In this document: piece by piece, positions 12,601 to 24,600 of the stretch | Numbering within the stretch: the first letter of the stretch is position 1 | Layout: each line of letters starts with the position of its first letter | From: Antedon mediterranea | Lineage: Eukaryota; Animalia; Echinodermata | Direction: 5' to 3' | Length of the DNA: 64,000 nucleotides | NCBI RefSeq assembly: GCF_964355755.1 | Contig: NC_092678.1 | Span: 14,348,371 to 14,412,370, forward strand | Program-made: the position numbers and the translations under genes | Notes under the pieces: generated by a model | Database searches by the model: none | Seen by the model: the letters and a program-made list of their open reading frames with translations, nothing else | What the model was told of the DNA's origin: nothing

Positions 12601-15600
12601 GCAATACACTGTTTGTATAAACTTCATGATTATAATTTCTTGAAAGGACGAAAACACCCTGCTGCATGAACTCATGCGTTCAAATGAACCAACCTTAAAA
12701 GTAGTAAACTATCTCAGGAAACAAGGTGCATCCGTAACAGCACTAAACAAGGTAATAATGGGCTAAAGATCATTGCAAAATAAGGGAATGCGCAGATAAT
12801 ATTGATATAATTCGGTCTACGTTCACATCATATTCACAAGCAAAACCTTTTATTTCAACTTCTTTGTGTATTATCTATCATTACCTAATTATAATTATTT
12901 GCTGCAATACACTGTATGTATAAACTTCGTGATAACATTTTTTTCTCTATAGGACGGAAACACCCCGCTGCATGAATACATGCGTTCAAATAAACCTACC
13001 TTAGAAATAGTATACTGTCTCACGAAGAAAGGCGCATCCATAACAGCACTTAATAAGGTAATATAGGTCTAGAAATAATTTATATGATTTCAACTAACGT
13101 ACGTATGATCTGCACCGCAACATATCATCTTATCCACTTGATTAAATATCATATTAAAATTGATTGAGCTATTTAGAATTACTTGCTGCAATAATTATTT
13201 AGTAGTAATTAAACAAGATCCTACTCCTATTGTGAGATTGGTATATATTGAGCAATGAAATTGATAATTTTTTTAATAGTTTTATGTGGACATGTCATTA
13301 TAAATGTTTTGAATTTAGAATAATGACAAAAAGCAATGTTGACATTATCCTAAACTATTATGATGTGTATTATTTATCATAATCTAACTATAACTATTTG
13401 CAACAATAACCTGTATGTATAGACTCCATGATCATAATTTCTTTATAGGACTGAAACACCACACAGCATGAATAATTAGTCATTTGAATGATAGTTGTTT
13501 TGTTTCTTCAACAACATATAATCCAAATTCTAGCAAATTGACTACGTCACCCATGCGCCATGCATGTACACAATACTAGTACAAAAATGCCTTTCATTAA
13601 ATGTTACTTTAAACTTAATTGCAAATACAGTTAACATTAATTATAAATACTATAACTTTATTACGTGAATTATTTCCCTTTGAAGATACGTATTTTATTA
13701 TTGCCTGAGTTATTACCACATTGAGGGCACAGTTATTTTGTATGGAAGGCTGCACTCAATTTTAAGTTTTTCTGGAGATATTTAGCTTTTAAAACGTATT
13801 CACTCATTGTTTACTATGTTTAAATTTTACAAGTATATAGTGTACGGTAATGATAGTTAATTATTATCGGGCTTACGCGGAGCTACACATTGGAAGGATG
13901 GGAGATGTCCTGTCAGTGGTCATTCAATATTACATTTACGGCGAAATTATGTTCCTTTATTTGGTTTTGACCCCATTGAAAAATGTAATGTTTTGGTGTG
14001 ATGCAACTTACAACAATATCATCCAAATAATCAAAAAGGACACGAATGAATTATGAAGGGAAGAACAGGTCGAGGAATTTTCCAACGTTTCTATTCTTGT
14101 ACGAATACTACTTTTAATTACAACTATCTCATAATTATTATTGCATCTTGCATTACGCTCAACATCTCCTTACCACAATACTAATTTTCGTATAGATTCC
14201 AATAATATTCATGGTATGTGGTACTGATATTTTTTACGTTTAATAATCCTTTTATAATACGGCCACATGAACATACACACTCCTGTGGTGAATTTCCGTA
14301 TCTCCCTTTATGTCATTTAAATCGGAATAGTCATGAAGAAAGTAATGTATTGTGTATATGGCTGTAAATATACATGATTTGCAGTATTGTAATAAATACC
14401 AATGGATACGAAATTGCTTGTTAGTTAGTGTAAATAAGAACCGTCCTTCATTATAGATATCTGTAAGTACAAGGTGTTTAGAAGTATACTAACTAGAATG
14501 TTTTACATATGTATATTTGTTGTTTTTAATTTATTTAAGTTTACCACAATTTTTAGTTTGTGATTTCCTTTTGATGAATACATTAAAATCAATATTTGAA
14601 TTTCAGAACGGGGTTTACAATTACTATGAAACTGTGTACTTTGTATTGCGGCACGGTATTTTCTTAGAAGCTCTATGCTTAATTTAGAATTGACTTAGGA
14701 TGTGTCTACAAAAATATTCATTTTGATTTGCTTGTTGTTTGCACTCACTTACTACAATTTGGGTTTTATATCTCTGATTCCATAGACATATTGTTCCTTT
14801 GATTTCTAAATTGGTTTATAATATTTCTACTATTAGCAATACTTAAAACACTGTTATGTTTATAGGAAGGAAAAACAGCAGTATCTGTTTTAGAAGAAAA
14901 TACGGAGATAGAACAAACAGAAAAAATCAAGATTGTAGAGCATTTTGACAGTAAGCTATTATATTAAAGTTTTTAACATGAAAACGACAATGTTAGCAAC
15001 AAATATTTGAATTCTGAAACAAATGTTATTCATAATGTTTACATAAAACCATGAATTTGAATATATGTATGTTATGCGTATTTTTTATATTTTAATATTA
15101 GAATTATTGGTTCCTCCTGAAATATTTGCCAGGGGTAAACAGGCTATAAAAATATATAAAAATGAACTTAAAGATGGTAAAATTGCAGTTGTGAATTCGA
15201 GATGTATGTTTCTTGGAAAGGAAGGTGCTGGTAAGACTAGCTGTGTAAAGGCCATGCTTAAAGAAAGGTAACTAATTGCAAATTATTTACGTATACATCA
15301 TACATTTTAGTATTGAAAAAATTATCAGTGTATTTTTAATTATATATTTGATGTAGATACTAATACTATTTTAATCATTTTACCTCACCATACGTTGTTA
15401 AAATAGATTCAATCCCGAAGAACCATCGACAGACGGTATCGTTACACGGACAGTGTTTCAATCAAATAGTAAGAGTGAATGGAAGAGGATTAAAGATAAA
15501 CACGACGGTAAGATGTGTGTAACTACCTGTAGAGTAGAAAATAGAAAAAAAAAAAGGTTTTTTTTCGAGTTTCTGCCGTCATGTGATGCCAAGCGAAATG

Positions 15601-18600
15601 TTGGATTAATATATGTGATTGTAGTACAGACAAGTAAAGTTTTTTTACACTCTTACTCTAGAGTTGTGGCTTACTTAATTTTGTAGACCTATCTTAGAGA
15701 AATTACCAACAATGTACCAGGAATAGGCACGATATGTAATGTTTAACATAATTGATTGCACATTGATACAGACTAAATGAAATTCCGTGTTTCTCATAAA
15801 CTCCAACCAGCATAATTATTTGTATACATATTGTTTTCACCAATTGCTATTTTTGTACAGATGCCGAGCTAACCAGGAAAATGCGTGAACATGTAATAAA
15901 ACAAAGGATTGATAAGGAGTTAGGTATGTAATACCGCAACACAAATTATAATATAAAGCTTTTTAACAATTGAAATAAATCATTTATCCTTCATATTTTT
16001 TAAACGGAACTATTATACAAATAATGAATGTTTATTAGTGTAATGATACAATAGGCCCTAATGGCATGAGGTGAATGATGAAAGGTTATATATCAACGAG
16101 GCAACGCCGAGTTAATATTTAACTTTTCATAATTCAACAAATGCCATTATTTGTACCATTACACGAATATAACATTCATTATTTGTTTTATATAACATCA
16201 AAACAGATTCCTGTCATTTGAATCAAATAAAAGGTAGCCCTCTAGCCAAGGCCTACATTTCATTCACATTGATTAAAACAGTAACATTTGGTTTTTAATA
16301 ATAATATATTAAATGTTATATTTATATGGATTTTATAAACTCACGTACTTTAGTGTTAATTATGTCCACAAACGACCAAACAATCCTAATACTAACAGGC
16401 CTAGGCCTAGGCTAGACACTAGTACTAGCTTGACGCTGATTACATTATAATGTACTATTATGTAAAAATGAAATGCAATGTTGACAGTACATGGCCAGAC
16501 AATACTGACTCTCATATGTTGTTGTTGTTTGGTATTTTAGGTATAAGTTAAAAACGTAAAGGTAGGCGTCTGGATCGTTTAAAATTTGTACTTGGTCAAA
16601 ATGGTCGATATTTGGCAATCTATAAATAGTTTTATTTAATTTTATTTTATTTTCTAATAGAGGACAACCAAAGCCACCCAATTGGAGGTGATTCTGTGAA
16701 CATTCCAAATGAAATAACTAGCATATGGGACTACGCTGGTCAATTAGACTACTACATAACGCACAGGGTATGCCTATCAATATGTTCGTTTATTAGCAGA
16801 ATATGATCTGATAATCACATAGATATATTAATGTAGTAGTAGTGATAGTGATAGTAATGGTGGTGGTTGTACTGGAAGTGGCAGTGATAATGGTAGTAGT
16901 AGTAGTAGTGGTAGTGGTATTGGTATGTAGGGTCTATATTGCATTTTAATAATCTGAAAACAATTATATTCTAATAATATTTTTGTCGATATACAGTATA
17001 TTGTTTTCCTTCACTTGTTAAACAAGCGAAGATGGCTTTATCTCAATAGAGTTGCCCAGACATCTATCTCATATTACATTAAGATTACAATTAAGAGTAG
17101 TCTTTTTAGTATAATTATCATGGCTTGCACCATGTTCTTGACACGCACGTGTATATTAATGTGTAATATGTCTTTAAAACATTGTTTAATAATAGTATTA
17201 TATACTACGAAGAACTTGCAGTCCAGATTCTTATATACGCATATACGGTGTTAAACTGTAATTATTTTCCTCCTTATATTCTTTAAAAAGAAATATAATA
17301 TGTAGCGTTCTGATTTAACATTAGTATCGACATACTCGCTTCAATGTGCAGTATTCCCGCTACAATTATCATGTATTCCTATTTTCCGATCCTTATGTCT
17401 TGAGCTATATCCATTAGCACACCCCGGTCCTTAAAACCCAAAGGAATTTTTTTATTTATTTTTTTCTTATTTGAATTATTTTTTCTTGACATCAATTTTT
17501 ATTTTTCAATTTGAATTGTTTTTTATTGTTATACTTTTGTTTTTTGCATTGTACTATCATGTCTCAAATTCCGACCGATTATCAAGTTTATTGTTTTCCC
17601 CATCTTCAATCAACCCAGATAACTTTACCTCCAATATTGACCCTGATTCACAATTGTTTTCAAATAGCAACATGAGCACCTCCCAATATTACGATCCTAA
17701 TGAATTTTCTGTTATTATCACAAGTGAATGTTTCTCTACTATCCATTTTAATTCAAGGAGCATTTTAAAACATTTTGATGAGACATGAAACAGCTTTTAA
17801 CATTACTAGATTTACCATTCGATGTAATTGGCGTAAGCGAAACATGGCTTAAGTACGATAATCCCTTGGTTCAACTCCCCAACTACCACTTTGTCTCCAA
17901 TCACCGAACTCATAAAGACGGCGGTGGGGTTGCCATGTATATTCGTGATGGTCTTTAATTTTCTACAAGACATGATCTTCATTTCTATTTGCGAATACAT
18001 TTTTATTGAGATTAATAGACCTCACTCTAAAAACATTGTCATTGGTACAGTAGATCACCATCCCTTGACCCTCTTCAATTTACGAACGAACTTGAATCTG
18101 TCTTATCAAATTTATCAAGAGAAAACAAAATTTCAATTCAATATTGATATCCTCAAATATGAATCAGATAACGATGCCCAATACTTTGTTAATTCCTTAT
18201 TTAACAATCACTACCTTCTTCGCATTTACAGACCATCTCGTCTTACCAAAACTACAGCTACCCTGTTAGACAATATCATAAGCAATCAAATTGACTTTCC
18301 AAACATGAGTGGATTGGACTGTATTTTACAGTGACATCTCTGACCATCTCCCAGTGTTTAATATTTCATTTTTGTCCAATGTTACTACTAGCTCAAACAG
18401 GGAAGATAAATCAGCTTTTAGGAAAATTAACCCCTCTACATTAGAACACTTCCGTCAAGAAGTGGCTACTCAACAGTGGACCAATGTATTTTACAAGCAG
18501 GACCCCGATATAGCATACAATTACTTTGAAAACACACTAAAGTCCCTATACGACAAAAACTTCCCCCTCCAGTACAATACTAAAAAAGACAAAAAAATAA

Positions 18601-21600
18601 AATCATGGATGTCTGACGGCTTGCTGAAATCTATAAAATATAAGCAGAAATTATATGCCAAATTTCTTCACCGTCCGACTCCCATAAATGAAAAAGCTTA
18701 TAAACTATACCGCAATAAATTGAATTCTGTAATCAAAATTCCTAAAGCTAATTACTTCCAAAATATATTTCACAAACATAAAAATGATATCAAGGCAACT
18801 TGGAAGACAATTAATTCTCTGATTAACAAAAACAACAGCAACAATCCAATACTCCCTTTATCTGCGATGGGGAATTGACCGAAGATCAGGAAAAAATGTC
18901 TAATGCGTTTAATAAATACTTTGTCGAAATTGGCCCCACCCTTGCAAACCAAATTCTCCGTGTTACCAAATCATTCAAATAATTCTTACCAAATCCAAAT
19001 CCAAATTCAATATTTCATAACCCAGTTGATGAGTCTGAAATAGTCAAAATAATAACCTCTTTTGAAAAAAAATAAATCTCCAGGTATTGATGACTTTCAT
19101 ACCAAGGCCATTAAATACATTGCTGACCTGATTTCCCTTCCCCTGTGTCATATTTTTAATCTTGCTTTATCCAGTGGTGTGTTCCCAGAGAGGATGAAGC
19201 TAGCGCGCGTTACCCCTATATACAAATCTGGTCCTAAATCTGATCTCTAATTATCGACCCATCTCCATTTTATCCATTTTTTCAAAAGCCATGGAAAGAG
19301 TAATTTATGACCGAATATGTTCATTTATTACCAAATTCAACTTACTTTTCAACAGACAATACGGTTTCAGAAAGGGACACAACACGTCAATGGCTCTCAT
19401 CGACCTGACAAATAAAATTATAGACGCTTTCGAAAACCGCCATCTTACAATCGGCATTTTCATAGACCTTTCCAAGGCTTTTGATACTATTGACCACAGT
19501 ATTCTTCTACACAAATTATCTCACTATGGAATCCGTGGATCAGCAATTAATCTCTTAAATAGTTACCTCTCCAATCGTGCCCAATGTACCAAATACTCTC
19601 ACTCCATATCCACTTTTAGTCCTATCACATGCGGCGTCCCTCAAGGATCTCTACTTGGCCCCCTCTTATTTATTCTATACATCAATGATATTCACTTCTC
19701 TTCAAAGCTCCTAAATGTTTTCATTTATGCTGACGATACTACAGTACTTTATTCTAACAAAAATGTCCAATCATTATTTAATACTGTAAACTCCAATTTG
19801 ATCAATTTGTCTCAATATTTTGCAGCTAATAAACTTTCTCTTAATCATAAAAAATGTAGCTTCATCCTTTTTGGGACCCCACAACTATTAAAATCTATTG
19901 ACTTATCAGCCAACAAAATTACCATTGACAACCAGGATACACCTTGTGTACAATCAGCTAAGTTTTTAGGTGTAGTTATGTACAGCAATCTAACGTGGAA
20001 AAATCATATTAAAGAAGTAGAGAATAAGACTTCCAAAAGCGTTGGTATCATATCTAGGTTATCCTCATTTGTACACCTTAATATTCTTCGAACCCTCTAC
20101 TGCTCCCTCATTCTTCCCTATTTGAGCTACTGTAACATTGTCTGGGCCAATACTTACGTGTCCAACCTCAGTAAACTGCAAATTATTCAAAAGAAGGCTA
20201 TTAGGATTATATCTGGCGCTCCACCGCGGTCCCATTCTTCCCATTTATTTTCCAAACTTAATCTCCTCAAACTCATTGATATAAATTTAATGCAACAAGG
20301 CAAATTTGTATTCTCTGCCCTGCATTCTACTTCTCCAAATCATTTAAACAATATGTTTATTCCAAATTTTTCGATTCACAATTACCCTACACGTTCTAGA
20401 ACTGACTTACACATACCTATCCACAACACCAATTATTTTCAAAACAGTATTAGATACTCCGATCCATCAATGATGAACAATTTACCACCCCCAATTACAA
20501 ATGCTGTTTCAATTTCTTTATTTTCCATTAAATTAAAACAACACCTAATGTCAAACTATTAAAAAGACAACGATCGAATGTCGCAATTTGATTTATGCTG
20601 CTGAACATTGATCAACTGTGGTTTTTGAGTTTTATTTTCTGATTCTACAATTTGATTGATCTATTTCTTTAGATTTATTTATTTATTTATTTTATTATTT
20701 TTTTTGTCTTGTTTGTTTATCTTAATTTCCACTCTTATTTATTTTTTTTTTTCCATTTTATTTGCATAGGCATACCCAGCACAAGATTTCCTCATCTTCT
20801 CGGGATTATGCCTTCCTCCATAGCCAATTTTCTTTAATTCACTTTTCTTTTGTATATCCAACAATCATCTTTTTCATTTTTAATATACCTTACCATTTCT
20901 ATTTATTATTTTGTATTGTATTGCTATGGAGGAAAATAAATGTCTTTTAAAATGAAAATTATTGCATCAATGTAGGCTTACTACATGTCACTAATTATAA
21001 TAAAAGACTCTCTCCCGATAGAATATGGATAACTATTCATCATAATAACCACCTTGTATCTGTATTTTGTTCAGTTTTTCCTAACAAATACAGCATCGTA
21101 CTGTGTTGCATTTAATGCTTTGGATAACTTGGATGAACCAGCTAATGCACGAGATCCAGCAAATGTAAGTTCAACATTATTTTAAACTTCAATTATTAAT
21201 ATTATTATATACTAATATAGATTATTACATTATATTTTTTTATTTGTATTTTAGGGTCTACTAGGAATGACTAATTTAGACATGAATTTGTTCTGGATAA
21301 GGTCAGTATACGAGCATACTGTGGCGCAACATGCTTCAGGAAAACCCATTTCAATTGATGGCAGGGTTTCTATAGAATCACCTCCCATCAGTTTGGTTGC
21401 TACTCATATGGACAAATTGCCATCATGGAGAAAATCGAGAAATCGGAAAAAGGTAATTCATTCTTGTGTTAATGAACTGAACAATCTAACATGGTATGAA
21501 ACTGAACACCAATAATGCTAATTTAGCTTATTAATTGATCATCATCCAATTTCATTCTTGTATCAATAGATGCTGTCATAATATTAAAAAATAAAACAAA

Positions 21601-24600
21601 GCAGATTGCAGAAGGTGTAGTAAAGTCAAGTAACACAAATATTGTACACTAAATACAAAATAACCGTATTACTACCAATAAACATAAATAAACCAAATAC
21701 AGAAAAAATTGATTGTAACTTATTTGTGTACATAAGAATCCTCTATATACAAAATTGAGTTTGAAATAATATATACCGGTATTGTATTTAATAAATGGAA
21801 ACTTATGAAAGTCATACATCAAATAACTACTTTATAATAATGATAAATAATATCACAACAAAAGGACGACGTTAGATGCATTAGGAAAGATTATACATAT
21901 CCTAGTCCTCCCTGCAGATAAAGGAAGACCAACAGTAAGTGTAACGTTAGTGTCAACATTATACAATTCCATCCGAATTGCATTAACACACTCCTTAGTC
22001 ATTATTTTCAATCTATATCCACCGGCTGTGTACCCATTTGTATTCCTTCATAAATGGATTTGATATTCCAGTTGATTAGCAATTCGGGTGTGTCATAATA
22101 ATCAACAACCCAAAACATTTCTTCCATAGACAAAAATTAATATTACTCCATTGGAGTTTTTTTAGAACTTAACAAGGCATTTGATTACATCAACCTTAAT
22201 ACCATTGTTAACAACTGAAATATTATGGTTTTCGTGGTATTTATTAGCATTGTGGGCCTAATGGTTTTCAAGTTATCTACCTAAGATACAACAATTATTG
22301 GAAATCATTCTTCCGATAAAATTTATTTATCAAGGGTTCATTTTAGGGCCTCTTTGTTGGTTTTTATTATACGTAAATGACCTATGTAAACTATATAATA
22401 ATAAATACATTTGCTGGTGATACCCGTATCTTCTGTAGTCATACGAATAACAAAAATGATGCATTTCAAATAATGAATGACAACTTGCTTTGATACTTTC
22501 AAGAAGTTTTACATCTAATGAACTTACATTTAATCCAAAGAAATCAAAATGTATACTGCTTAGTTCAAGAAATAAAACCCAGAAACCTACAGAAATTAAA
22601 GATATATTGTCCCCCTAAACAATTTGTGTTTTTTTTAAATTTTAATTCCACATAATAGTTATTAACTTTGACCCAAAAATGGGATAGGAAAAACAATTAT
22701 TTTTCCAAAAAAGCCGTGATTTAAAACAAAGTCAAATTGACTGGAAGTCAATGGGTTTTGGCTGAATTTAAGCATTTATCTTTTTCAATCCATAATAATT
22801 CAATTACATCAATTGTATCACAGGTTGTTTGGGTATTATTAGTGACAAGTATACCTTGCTAACTTAAGTTGTATTATTTGTACATCTTTAATTTTATCTC
22901 ATTTACACTATGCTATTTAATGCTGGGGTAAATCTGGATCTGTATTATTAATTTTTTTAATTATTTTATTTTATTTATTTATTTTAATTTTAAAACAAGA
23001 AACAACAGCAGAAACAAATCCGCCACTTACAGCTTGGTTTAACAGATACAATACAATTACCCAGAAACACTTAAATTACGACGAAACAGATTGGAATTAA
23101 AAATGTCAATATGGGGATGAGCCTGAACTAAACTAACAAAAGATAGCTTGAAGGAAGGATTGTGTTAAGTTTCCTTATTATTACTCATATTCTACTTTTT
23201 TCCTTACAAATATTTTGACTCTGTTTAAGGAAACGACATTTTTTTTATTACGGCATTCAAACAATCTCTCTTTCGTACACTTATTAAAAAGGTTTCCAAT
23301 TTATATGTGTTAACCAAAGCCCGTTCCCTTTTCCACAATATGTCATATTTGTAATGCAAGTAAGTTTTGCAAGTTAGTCAGAGCACAGATGTTAGAGAAT
23401 TTAATTCAAAATACTGGCACGTGCATGTATTCACGTCGATTATGGTAAATGCAAATGACATAAGAATGGTATAATTCCACTGAAACAGCCTTACACATTG
23501 ATTCAGATAAATAAATCAATGTTTAAATAAATGTTCAAAATAAAAAAGAAATATGGAAGATGTCTACATTCCAATTTTTATAAACTTATAACTGTAACGA
23601 TGCTAATACTTTTTAAATTGAAGGTTGAGGGTATGTTTAACGAAATGTTTGATAAAATGGAAGGAATGAAATATGCTGCGCATGTAGATCGTGAAATGTA
23701 CATGGTTGACAACACTGTGAAATCACATGCAGATATAAAGAAACTTAAGAGAAATATTGGTAAATACATGCAGGCAATGGGAATGAAGGAAGTTCCAATA
23801 AACTGGCTTAACTTTCAGGAAAGATTGCAAGACATTGGAAAAACAAAAGTGTGCATTCCTTATAATGAGGTAAAGTAGTGTTTGTGCTCTAAAAATATAT
23901 AATAAAAGTGCATTATATAAAACGATTTTACACTTCTGAATTGCGGTATATACATCGAGGCTCTAGCTACGTATCGTATCAGTGTAATTTAATTGTATGT
24001 GCAGTCATTCAAAATTATATGAATCAACAAATGAAATGGAAACTGAAATAAACCATGAAATTTCACTTAAAACAACAGTTTTGATAAAAACGTTGTTATA
24101 TGATTTAGAAGAAAGCAATGGATTTGACTGCATAAAACAGTTTTATCTAAACCATATTAGGCAATAACATTGCGATTCTCATAATTGACTTTTTTCGATG
24201 TTAAAGGTCACCGAATAAAGGCCGAACTACACAAAAATTCTATATTAAAAATAAACAAATAAAATAGTTCTGATTCAGGTTGATTCTGTCCCTAAATTTG
24301 ACATAACTATTTCGAGCAAAGCTTTACGTTACTACTGTAGCAAATGTATCTCTGACAATCCATGACATTGCATAATATCAAGCGATTTAAATCGTGTTAT
24401 GCTTGCCGTTTTAAAATAAATGTATAATAGATTGGCGCGGTTACGCTTTAAAGTACCGCAATCGCACGAACCTGACACAAAGAAGGACTCGAAAGTGCCT
24501 GCAGAGGAAAATGGGATGATACCACATATGATCATAATCATTCATGTGTGTATTAAGCTACAGTTAACGGGATTCAATATGAAATAAACAACTTTGTAAT

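Larger units (their letters stand above)
2890..14245 (+). repeat. Tandem exon+intron duplication array (three ~1.5-kb C-B units; ~1.07-kb A-A dimers)
   Basis: C exons are spaced 1532 and 1483 nt. A4-A6-A8 are spaced 1071 and 1082 nt, and A5-A7 1072 nt. Intron sequences are visibly near-identical between units. Confidence 0.9.

Noticed and set aside
3461-13057. Regularly spaced repeats as a CRISPR or RT-associated array
   Set aside because: The repeats are protein-coding exons bounded by AG/GT and the intervening sequences are themselves duplicated introns. The nearby RT is an ordinary LINE.
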